A stretch of DNA of 64,000 nt from Cyanophora paradoxa CCMP329 (Eukaryota; Plantae; Glaucophyta). A program made the translations under genes and the position numbers. The notes beneath the pieces were generated by a model. The model was given only the letters and a program-made list of their open reading frames with translations, was not told the DNA's origin and did not search any database. The stretch spans positions 1 to 64,000 of the forward strand of contig QPMI01000519.1 of NCBI GenBank assembly GCA_004431415.1. Reading direction: 5' to 3'. Shown here piece after piece: positions 10,674-21,100 of the stretch (its first letter is position 1; each line of letters begins with the position of its first letter).

Positions 10674-10836
10674 GCAACCAACTTGTATATTCTGGACGTG
10701 ATGTCGCGATCCACAGGTAGGAGGCTCCTTTAAAAATACCAAAGCTGATGCAGTGACTTGGGGTGAGTTGACTCCTGCCTGGCCAACAGTCTTCTAGATT
10801 TAACTCTTCCTCTGCCGTTTCGAGTTCGAGTTCCAT
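10453..10836 (-). CDS. Small protein with FGxxKG...P.Y..WL motif (DUF3820/ExoX-C-like)
   Basis: ISFGIFKGASYLWIATSRPEYTSWLL. Overlaps the 3' end of the ATPase gene tail-to-tail. Confidence 0.5.
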   Translation of the reverse strand: MELELETAEEELNLEDCWPGRSQLTPSHCISFGIFKGASYLWIATSRPEYTSWLLKQSWLPTFDRAAFLRAQSAIEPKSFQRLCQQHKRGPRSRLHISKPETNDPIQRKDALDLLDSLRHYIRRSKC

Positions 10837-10867
10837 TAAAAAGATAAAGGGGTGTTATTCCCTTCAT

Positions 10868-11398
10868 TCAAACCTGTGGGAAGTTCAGCCGCAGAAACGG
10901 CTTGTCCTCTTCGCTGGTATGTTCTATAACGTAAGCATCACGAGCTTGAGCTGCTGCTTCGGCGGTTGCAAAGTAGCCGATGTTCTTTAGACGGCCATTG
11001 ATCCTGTAATTTGCTTTCCATTTACAAAGTCGCTCATAGAAGCTGACGCCAATGAATCCTGATGTGTTTGTGAGCCGACGGTTTTGGTTCAACATCTGCT
11101 GACGCTTTGTCGCCAAACGTAGATTCTCGCGACGATTATCGAGTTTGTTATTATTAATGTGATCTACAGTAAGGTCATTCTCAAGTCTCCCAACAATGAA
11201 CGTATGCAAATACATATTCTTTCCATTGATCTTGCTCGAGGTATAACCATTGTTCAAACACCATCGTTTCTCCAGCACTCGATCAGCATCATCCTGTGAT
11301 ACAAAAGCGTAGGCGACGATTACTTTGCGCCGATTGCGAATACCGCCTAACGGAATCAAAGCAGCTCCCTCTGGAACATCTGGAACGATGACCTCCAT
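10868..11398 (-). CDS. HNH endonuclease fused to an AP2 DNA-binding domain
   Basis: YLH...VDHINNNKLDNRRENLRLAT (HNH), then NTSGFIGVSF...KWKA..RINGRLKNIGYFATAEAAAQARD (AP2). Confidence 0.93.
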   Translation of the reverse strand: MEVIVPDVPEGAALIPLGGIRNRRKVIVAYAFVSQDDADRVLEKRWCLNNGYTSSKINGKNMYLHTFIVGRLENDLTVDHINNNKLDNRRENLRLATKRQQMLNQNRRLTNTSGFIGVSFYERLCKWKANYRINGRLKNIGYFATAEAAAQARDAYVIEHTSEEDKPFLRLNFPQV

Positions 11399-11529
11399 CT
11401 GCGCAGCGAGCTGCTTGTCTGCGACTTTTTCGTTACATTTACAGTTTGCATTATCTTTAAGACTTAAAAGTCGCGCTAATTTGTCTTAAAAGGATTTATG
11501 TCTCTTATTATTGAGAGACAAACCGAACA

Positions 11530-11874
11530 ATGACTTCTGCAATTACTGCGGATTGCGTTGCGGTTAAACGTGGCCGTGGGCGACCCCCTAAGGTTCGTCT
11601 TTTAACAATGGAGCCTTATCAGCCGAAGAAGAAGGGGCCTAAACCGATGGAGGTCACCCCGGAGATTTTAGCAGAGCGACGCAGAAAGAATGCTGAACGC
11701 AATCGCAAACTGCGCCACACGAACGAAACATACCGTTTGAAACAGCTTGCCATCACAGCGAAGTATCGAGCTGAGAATCCTGATAGGATCCGGGAGTACC
11801 ACAGGAATGCTATTGCGCGTAGATGCCTCGCGAAGAGCGGAGCTTCTGTAGAGCTCGAGGTGATGCAGCTTTAG
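11530..11874 (+). CDS. Small basic AT-hook DNA-binding protein
   Basis: KRGRGRPPK AT-hook followed by an Arg/Lys-rich helical region. Confidence 0.65.
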   Translation: MTSAITADCVAVKRGRGRPPKVRLLTMEPYQPKKKGPKPMEVTPEILAERRRKNAERNRKLRHTNETYRLKQLAITAKYRAENPDRIREYHRNAIARRCLAKSGASVELEVMQL

Positions 11875-12757
11875 CACCTGCTCGTAGCTTTGGCTCCCCT
11901 GCAATCTCAAGCTTCTTGAGCTCTCGATACTGCCGGCTTTGACCGCTGTATTTTTTTGTTTCGATCAAACCCTCACGTCTCAATCGTCTCTGCTGTCGCA
12001 TTTGCACTTCTTCTTTTTCGATTCGTGTTTGAGGTGCAAGCTCACGCGGTTGACGTATTTCCGATGGTTTAACACGTCTAGAAATTTCCACACCCTGTTT
12101 TGTAACGAGTCGAACACGGTTCTTGTCTGCGCCAGCAACTATGTACGTCTCCTTGCTTGGCTTTGTGGTTCCCTTCGCAAAAACGCTTGGCTTCGGCTCC
12201 AGGACTTGCACTTCGGTCCTGTGCGCGGTATGTTCGAATTGTCTCGTTCAATATCGTTCTGTCGCTGTCTAACTTGATGCAGCTGCTCGGCTACCTGTGT
12301 ATTTTCCCGCATCCACTTTGGTGAGTGCTCCCCGCCGAAAGAGCTGTGGGCTGTTTCATTGTACGCCTTGACAATTGCCGGCAAACGTGAGAGGAAATGC
12401 GGGGAGCCACGAGCTTCTGTATCAGTCTGAATCAGTGCTCGCAATGTCCTCGCGAACCTGTCGATAATTCCCAGCTTGGAGCCTTTTGAAATGTGATCAT
12501 CCTTAGCCACATCAGTGTGCATTTTCAACGAGTTCTCTTCAGCCATTTCCCGAATTGCTGCTGTGTTGAAGCCGTTGTCTCCTGAAAAGCCCCATATTCC
12601 AGGTAGCTGCTCGATCATTTTGGAAGCTGCTTAAAAGTCTCGAGCTTACGGACCACAGCGAAACGGGTTGCAATCTCGACCGCTGCGAACAGGCGAAATC
12701 TCCAATGAACAGCACGTCAATTTGCCACGCACCGGGTGGCGCAGTAATCTGGTACAT
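11810..12757 (-). CDS. Retroviral-like (rve) integrase, Polinton type; frameshifted
   Basis: WQIDVLF, SGDNGF, KLGIIDRFARTLR, LPAIVKAYNETAHSSFG..SP and FAKG, across ORFs 12539..12757, 12139..12618 and 11810..12211. Confidence 0.88.
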
Positions 12758-12766
12758 CTTTGTAAA

Positions 12767-15700
12767 TCAGGCGCGATTTTTATAATGTCCAATCGCTCGG
12801 GTGTTGATCCCGTCAGTCTCGAGGAAGCGTTTGGTATCAAGGGGATGTAGAGCCTGACGCGAGGTTCGTTGTAAATAAATCTCATGTAGTTTCGAGCGGA
12901 AACCGAGATTCCTTTGATGTCATACGATTGCTTTTCTCCCTCTTTAGGGCAGACGCACCGGAAGAATACATCCCTTGTGAGTCTGTTGTAGTACGTCTTT
13001 TGAATACCCTTGCATACCTGCTTGTCCGTGGAATCTTCACGCGAATAATAGTAAGATTTCGGCCGGTTAGCGATCCACTCTGTCATTTGCAGACCATGGA
13101 GCTCATCCTTGAATAATCCCGGAGTTTTCCCCATCGATCGTAGAGCTCGAACCTCATCGGCTGTCATGCCATCGAAGAATCGATGTGTCTCTGGGTAGTC
13201 GCTAACATCCAGCTCATGCTTGATTGAGCGTAAATCAGCATAGATATCTTTGGTGCGAACCTCGATGATGAGACTGTCAGTATCCGTACCTAATAGTGTC
13301 AGCCGCTGGCCCAAAGCAGCTTGAGCACCTGGTAGTAAAAGCGGTACATGTGCAGCTTGGAAAGTTCGAGGATGACGAACCCGCAGTAGATAGGTTTGTT
13401 CAGATTGTACTCACTTTTGCGCTTGGAAACGAATACAAGGTTCTCTTCGTACATCACCACCTGCTTCAACCGATTTGGTTCGCTGTTGATCTTCACCAGA
13501 CGGTCTCCCGAAGTCACAAGCTCTGAAAAGCAGTGCTTTCTCACGTTCTCCATTGTTTTGCCAAAGACACTGTTGTTCATCAACTTGTAAAGGTCCTTCT
13601 GGTATGTGAACTGCGATTCTTTACGTTTTTGAGTATTGAGATCTATGAAACGCCCTAGCCATGCGCTTTGTTCGTACGATAGGATCCGATGGATGTTGGT
13701 TACTATCATTCCAGTGACGTATAGAGCTGAAGCAAGCGTCCATCAACAACATAATTCTTTTTTGGAAGCAGATTTGGAACGAGCTTTGGAGTTCGTTCAA
13801 CTGAGGTAAGCTTCTCGTCGTTAATCATATCCTGTTGTCGCTTTGATAGGTGTTCCTTGGACACACACATCCGTTCAGGGGCCAGCGGATAGTCTGAGAA
13901 CTCGTCATGGAGATGCTCAGGCATGTACATATCGACTTCGAGAGCATAGCCACGAGCTCCATCCGCGTCAAGGCTTGCAACGTACTGCATTACATCAACG
14001 TCTTGATCTAGTTTATCCCAGCGGAAATCTCCTGTGGGTAGCTTGCGCTTCATTGCGACGCCGTACAAGTTGTTTGCATCGAGGTACATGAGCCACGATT
14101 CCTTGTGTGTTCGGTAGTAGTTAGAAATGCATGTAGACTGTGAGACTGTAGGCTCAACAGCGTGGGTGTACTTGTTGAACTTTATGCTCAAATATTTGTT
14201 CTCAGCTCGTGCGTAGCGTTTTGAGATCATTGAGATTCCGCCCTGATCCCGGATTCTATAAATCTGTGCATATCCTGCTGCCCCTCGTGAAAGAGCTCGA
14301 GCTTCACTCCAGTGTGCTTAAGTGCTGCCTGCCAAGCAAATCCCGGCGATGACATAAAATAGCTAGGATCTAGGCCATACGTTTCAATACACGTATCACG
14401 ATAGTTTTCAAACACGTCAGCTAGTAACGCGATATCTGTCATCATATACTCCATTGTATAGCCTGATAGCGTTCTGCAGCCGAGCTCTCGCCAAACAGCC
14501 TTCGCATGTGCGTACTCATCTTTCGTGCATTTCTTCTGTTTAAGCTGATTTTTGAAATAACGACGTGCAGGCAGTTTAGACTCCTGAAAGCGAGCCCAGC
14601 TCGTCATGTAGTCATAAGGGTAAATCCCTTTGCTAGTCATCAGCTTGAACCGAGTCTCGTCCAGATACAGCGAGCGCGTGATCTTCTTCTTCTCCGCGGG
14701 CAGAGCCTTTGCAAGGTCGTCCAAGCTCGCATTCAAGTGCTGAGCCGAGTCCCGTAGAACGTAAATTCCATACTTGAACTGCGAAATTCGCTCGCTATTC
14801 TGGAAGACCTGATCGAATTTTATCGAAAGGAGACTCTGCGGGCGGAGCCGGCGTTCGAGCCCCTTCTTCGCCTTCTTTTTCTGCTCTGGGGTCATCTCAC
14901 GCCCACCGTACTTGCTTTCAAACTCGCTTTCGACATGCGCTTGAAACTCCTTCCAAGCTGCTAAACGACGGTTATAGCCAGATGCTAGAGCACGTACGAG
15001 CAGGTGGAAGTCAAATCCTCGACCGTTGTGCCAGAATAATGGAACAGCAGCTGATTTCGCGCGGCGTCGATTGCAAGCTCTCCAGGCAGCCCCGAAATAT
15101 CGGCCAGATTCGTGGCAGTGATCACGGTGCTTGTCTTTCGCATCCTTGAACGTGTTCTTGCACATGTAGCACTCGGTCGTCGTTTGAAAACGCTGCTCCT
15201 CTTCCTGAGTAATCTGGATTGGTGCAGTCTCTCGCAAAAGCTCTCGGAATTGTGGTTCCATTTCGTCCAACCATTGCACGAACTTCTCAGTGCAGTCCTC
15301 GCTCTCCGAACCCATGTATTTGAAACAAAACTGTTCACCTTTTGAAGATACAACCAGACAGCCGACTGAAGCAATCACATGCACACCTTTCTTTTCGGTC
15401 TTTCCACTAATGCAGGGAATTGGCATTGTAATCGTCTCTGAATCAGCATATCCGACCAGACGTTGCCGGATTGAGTACTCAAAGTTAATAAACTTCTGGA
15501 TATGTGCTCCTTTCTCCGGCAGAACATCTCTTGCGTGTTCATCCCGATCAAGGCAACGGTCATATTTCAGATGATTTTCAAATGCTTGATCTGAGCTAAA
15601 ACCGACCTGGCAGGCTAAGCAATAGTGCTTTGCATTTGATTCGTTCTTTCGGAACAGTCGTGAGACGCTCTTAATCCAGAGGTAATGCCCGACATCGTTT

Positions 15701-16821
15701 CCCTCCCCAGCCGGCACATACAGTATTGGGATTGCGTCTCTCGCAGCACTGATATGGATTGGTATGATATCCTGCTTATCTAGAGCAGTTGTATAAACGC
15801 AGAGCTTGACGTTATTTGCTTGCTCGAATTTGGTGAACATCCTCGAGTCAAGCGGGGTCGGATATGTAAGCATTGAGCAGTCCAGCGATGTCTCGTGCTG
15901 GCGGTAGTTCCCTGCATGCCGAGAATCAACACCTTCGCCCAATGGATTGCGAGCAGCAAGGACTGCGTATTTAAAGCACTCGTTGTTCGGTGCATTTATA
16001 TTGATAAGCGCGTGCTTGTCTGAGAGCCACTTTGGCAGTACAAAGCCTCGGCCACGGCCACCAATCCTGCGGAAATAGCGCACAGTTTTAAAGACCAGAT
16101 ACACCCACGTGTCAAATACTGAGGAATCCCTGCTTTTCTCTGCCGAGATCATGTCTAATTCTTCGAGCTGTGAACGCAAGGCCGCCTCAATGCTTGTCCC
16201 TGGCTCGATGCGATCGAAACGACGATGTTCAATAACGATAGCGATCGTAGAATCTGTCTCTGGCTTTCTGTAGACACCCAATCCAGAGATTTGTAGTGCA
16301 ATGCCCATTCTTACCGCCTCTGCAAGATTTACCTGGGCGCTTACGAATGATATAGCATTCTGTTTGAACTGCTCAGAATTCTCGAAGCGAGCTTGCATTG
16401 ATGTTACGCGGCCAGAACCGCGAGGCAATTGGTATTTCCACTCCGCATATCGCCCGTCAAGCGCTGTTGTAGTATTTCCGTCATTGATTTGAACATCATT
16501 TCCACCGTCATCCTCAGGCAGCTCGGCAAAGCCACGGACGATCTCTGCCTGCACCTCTGCGATCGCCAGCTCTAGTCGACGACCTGACACAGGACGCGCT
16601 GGCCTAGGAAGTCTTGCAAGTTCGTTCAAAAGTGAAGCGTACTTTTCCAAAGTTGCAAACCGTGTTCTCGACCCTTGTGCTGAAATTCTAATCAATTTAT
16701 TTTTGAAAGCTCCATGTATGACGCGTCGATTATACAATGAAATCGCGAGCGCTTCGATCTGGTCTTTGATTCTGGCCAACCGGAAGCGCCGAGTCGCTGC
16801 ATTATTTTGGGTAACGTCCAT
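12767..16821 (-). CDS. Protein-primed family B DNA polymerase (pPolB), about 1350 aa; four single-base frameshifts
   Basis: ExoI YADSET, ExoII HNGRGFDFH, KGIYPYDY, ExoIII YMMTD, motif A YLDANNLYG, motif B KLMNNSVFGKT, motif C GTDTDS, TPGLFKDE, and C-terminal DTKRFLETDGINTRAIGHY with stop at 12767. Confidence 0.95.
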
Positions 16822-16950
16822 TGGAAGTATATATCACAATTTTTTTGCTTGTTCCAAACGCAACTTCACATAGCAATATTGGAAAGGGATCTCTTTAAGA
16901 CAAAATAAGAGAAACCTCAATTGCGGTGACCCTTTGGTGATTCAAAGACC

Positions 16951-17378
16951 GGCGCTATCATCCACACAGTATTATTGACTAACTAGAACCTAAACTCGCA
17001 TATGCAATCAGCTTCGATTATATAGTTTTATCGTCTAGCTAGAACCTGGAAACCTCTCCGCTATTTAGATAGGAAGAACACAGTATTAACGCCTAGCTGC
17101 TGATTAAGCTATCTCTGCAGACCGTCGCGTTGGGGGCCCGTCTCAAATCACTGCTATATCTTTTGCAAGATCGATTGGAGTAGACGTTAGATACTACCTA
17201 GTGGTTGCTGGATGGAAGGGGAGGTAGACCAGAGGGAGAGAAGGGCGGTAGACGTAGCGGAAGGGTTGGCGAGAGTGATGGCTGGGAAGACGCTGGATTG
17301 GGTGGGTTGGGGTGGGTTCGGAGAGGTGAGGGTGGTGAAGAGGGGTGGGCCACAGAATCAGGTCCTCTCTCATTTTTT
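16951..17378 (-). repeat. Right terminal inverted repeat of element B
   Basis: Reverse complement of 6230-6659. Confidence 0.97.
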
Positions 17379-17384
17379 GGGGCC
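17379..17384 (+). repeat. Target-site duplication GGGGCC (right copy)
   Basis: Identical to 6224-6229. Confidence 0.85.
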
Positions 17385-18187
17385 CCGACGAGGACGAGCT
17401 CCCCGAGCCGGCCCGCCCCGCCCCGCCTCCGGCCCCGGCCCCGGCGCAACTCGGAGCGTGGCTTCCTCTGACCGCCGCCCGAACCGCGCAGATCCAGGCC
17501 ATGGCGATGCGGATGCTGGAGATGCAGAGGGCCTTCGTGGCGGGGGCCCAGGCCGCCGGCCTGCGGCGGGAGTGGGAGGACAGCTGGCGCGCGCTCGTGA
17601 TCGAGCGGCGCCGCGAGTGCGTGGGCCTCGTCGAGGAGGCCGAGGAGGCCTTCGGGCTGCCGCCCCGCAAGTGGCGCCGCTGGCCCCACGGCCGCTCCGC
17701 CCTCACCGACCTCGGCCCCCGCGCCATCCGCACGCAGGCCCGCCAGCCCAGCCTCGGGCCCGTCGCCCCCGCCCGCCCCCGCCCTCTCCCACGCCCCCTG
17801 CGCCCCGCCCCCGCCCCCGCCGACGCCGACCCCTCCGACCGTGGCAATCCCGCCGCGCGGCCTCCATCCGCCCCTGGGCCGAGCGGCCGCGGGGCGCCCC
17901 GCCGACCCGCTGACCAGCGGCTGCAGCGCTAGCCGGCGCCGGCGCCGGCCCGGCGCGGCGGCCGGTCGTTTAGCGACGGCGCCCTCCTCCGGTACCCTAG
18001 GCCTCCAAATATCGGTCTAGCTATAGATCGAGCGAAGATCATGTTCTGGGAATATATATTGATTTAAGCTCAAGAATGGAATTTCGCAGCTTCGAATTCG
18101 AGAAGCGCAATCTCGCGGACTGGCCATGGCCGCCATTGCGGCAAGTTCATTGATATAACACACGACAGCAGCGTGTGCACGTGTTAC

Positions 18188-21100
18188 CTACTGTTGTATA
18201 TTTAAAATAGCGAGTAGCGATAGGCACCGGATGCAGAAAAAGATAAAAAGGCAGCGGGCAAAAGAATGGGCAGCGGCCCGGCGAAACAATATTAATCGGG
18301 AGGCAGGCGGTGATTTGGTCAGGCGCGCTTCACGCTGTACCCCCGGAGGTTCAGTCGTTCCGGGTGCAGCGTCGCCCCCGCCGCCGCCCCCGAGAAGGAG
18401 CCCTGCCGCCCCAGCGACGGCTTCCCGACCCGGCGCGTCAGAGCCGGCCCGGGGGCCCGGGGGCGAGGCGCGGCGGCGCACCCGTTCCGAGGTGACCTGC
18501 TTCCTGCGGCCGTCGCCTGCGGCGGCGGCGGCAGCAGCAGCAGCAGCAGCGGCGGCGGCGGCGGCGGCGCCGTCCCCCGAGCCCAGCGACGGGGCGCCGG
18601 TGAGGCCCCCGCCGCCGCCGGCGGTCGCCTTGCCCGAGTTGGAGCGGGGCAGGGGCGGCCGCTCGCCCGCGCCCACCCCTGGGGCGGCGCCCTCCGCTCG
18701 GGCCCTGCCCTTGACGGTGGGGCCGGAGCCGGCGCGCCGGGGGCCGCGGGGGCGGGGGCGGCGCTGCCGCCGCGGGGGCGTCGGAGGGGGAGGAGGGAAG
18801 GGGGCGCGGGGCCCGCCCGGCCCGAAGACGGCGTCGGCCGCCATGCCCGAGGCGGGGCCGGCGTCCCGCTCCGAGGGCGGGAGGGCGCGGCGGAGGGCGC
18901 GCGGGTCCGGCGCCGCCGCGAACTGGCCCCCGTTGGCCTTGCCCAGCTCCGCCACGTCCAGCACCTGCGAACAAAGTCAGGGCCGGGCCGGGCCGAAACG
19001 AACGCCCGAGCTAGGTGATAGCCCCCAGAAGCCCCAGAGAAGGCCGAGCGAACAAGCCGACAGCGAGGCGGGGAGCGGGCGGGGCGCACGCGGCGGACGT
19101 TGGCCTCGTTGGGGATGAGCCGCCGCGCCAGCCGCTCGAACTCCCGCGCCCCGAAGCCCTGCGCCAGGGAGACCGTCAGGACTTGGGGCGGGCCAGGCCA
19201 GGACAGGCCAGAGGGCAGAGCTAATGGGGAAGGAGCAGAGGAGAGGGGAGCGGGGCGGGGCGGGGCGGGGCGCGCTGGCTCGCCTTCCAGGTGAGGTAGA
19301 TGGCGCGCTTGGCGGGGGTGCGCGTCTCCGCCGACGCGTCGCTCACCAGCTGCGCCCCCGCGCCCCCGGCGCCCCCTCAGCCACCCGCCGGCGGGCAGGA
19401 GCAGGCTTCGGGGGCGGGGCGGGCGGCTCGCCTGGACGAGGACGGGGAAGAGGCGCTCGAGGGCCGGGGGCGGAAGGGCGGAGACGCGGGGCCCCAGGCG
19501 CTCCACCAGCGCCTCCACGCACGTCGCCACCTGCCGCCGCCCCGTCCGCTCGGCGCCCGCAGCTCGGCGCCCGGGGCCCGGGGGCCGGCGAGCGCGACGC
19601 CCTCCCGCGTCCAACTCTCCGCTACCTGCGGCGCGCCGGCGGGGCTCTCACCTTGGCGCGGACGGCGGCGTTCTTGTGGCTCGCCTGCTGGAAGAGGGGC
19701 GGCAGCAGCCGGCCCTCCGTCAGGTGCTGCCCCGCCCCGCCCCGGCCCCGGCCCCTGGTCAGCCCCGGGCAGCGGCGAAGAGGCGGCGGGGGAAGGGGGG
19801 GGGGGCTCGGACCGTGGCCATGGCGCGGAGGGCCCGCTCGGCGCCCTCGGAGATGAAGCCCGACGACTCGCCCACCTGGCGGGCGGGCGCGCGTCAGTCG
19901 AGCGGGCGGGCGGGGGGGCGGCCTGGGCGGGGGCGGGACCTTCTTGAGGAGGACGGGGAGGAGGTGCTCGGCCTCGGGGTCGAGCTGGCGGCGCAGCGAG
20001 GTCACCATGTCCAGCACCGCCATGATCGCGTTCTTCGACACCGACGAGCGCTGCGCCCCCCGGCGCCCGGGGCATCAGTGGCGCGCGGCGGGGGCGGGCG
20101 GGGCGCGCGGGCGCACGAGGTTGTCGACGGACTGGAGGACGGCGAGGGTGGCGGCGTGGAGCTGGCCCGAGGCGACGAGGACCTCGGGGTGGTGCAGGGC
20201 GACCCGCCGCAGCGCCGTCAGCCCCGCGTGCTGCGCCGCCCAGTCCCCCGCCCCCCGCACCGCCTCCAGCGCCCCCCGCAGCTCCGCTTCCGGCCGCTCG
20301 CACGGCTGCAGGTCCGCGCTCGCCACCTCCTCCGCCTTCAGGTAGCCCGGGATGCCCCCGTCGAGGCGAACGCGCCCCCGCCGCCCCCGCCCCGCCCCCG
20401 CCGCGCGTGCGCCCGGCCGCCGTGGAGACGGACGTGGCGGCGCTGCTCATCGAGTCGCGGGCCTCCTCGGGGCCCTCGGGCGGGGCCGCGCCGGGCCGGG
20501 GCCGGCGGCCGCCGGGGCCGCCGGGGGAGGGGAAGCCGCGGGAGCTGGTGCTGGAGACGGAGGAGTAGGCGCTCTGGGGCATGCCGTTGGAGGCGGAGCG
20601 GATGGAGGAGGCCGCCGACGAGGTCGACGCCCGCGAGTGCCGCGCCCCGAAGTGGCCCGAGAACCCGTACCCCCCGGGCGCCGGCGACACCGGGTCGGCG
20701 CCCCCGTCGTAATACGAGTCGGCTCCGGCGCTGAAGGGCGGCGAGTGGCCGAAGTGCTCCGGGCCCGGCGAGCCCCCGTCGTCGTCGTACACGTACCCCT
20801 CCTCGTCGTCCGTCTTGCCGCCGCCGTACCCCCCGCCGGCGGCGGCGGCGCTCTGGACGCGGCGCGAGGGCTCCGGGGCGGAGGAGGGGGCGGCGCCGTT
20901 GTTGTTGGGGGCGGGGCCGAGGAGGCGGCTGCCGGAGACGGCGCGGCGCTTGAGGGTGCGGAGCTTCTCGCGGGCGAACTCGAGGGCGTCCAGCTCCTCC
21001 GCCAGCCGCGACGCCGCCCGCGCCTCCTCCGCCGAGATCGGCGGCGACGCCGCCCCCGCCCCGGCCCCCTCCTGCGGCGAGGGCGAGGCCCCCGCCCGGC

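Larger units (their letters stand above)
6230..17378. mobile_element. Full-length endogenous Polinton/Maverick-like virus B (~11.15 kb)
   Basis: ~430-bp TIRs, 6-bp TSD, intronless gene-dense interior of much lower GC than the host, encoding mCP, MCP, packaging ATPase, rve integrase and pPolB. Confidence 0.96.
6126..17932 (+). pseudogene. Host ORF split by element B (parts ~6126-6229 and 17385-17932)
   Basis: Removing the element and one TSD copy gives in-frame MQETIAALCDLGG-P-DEDELPEPARP...MAMRMLEMQRAFVAG..., which continues into ORF 17345..17932. Confidence 0.65.

Noticed and set aside
8830-14250. Programmed ribosomal frameshifting in viral genes
   Set aside because: Breaks are numerous, fall within conserved motifs, and lack slippery heptamers. 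Homopolymer indel errors explain them better.
1-17378. Bacterial/phage contamination or a single large element
   Set aside because: Element B is bounded by its own TIRs and TSD within GC-rich, intron-containing host DNA, and host-type sequence (4850-6229) separates it from element A.
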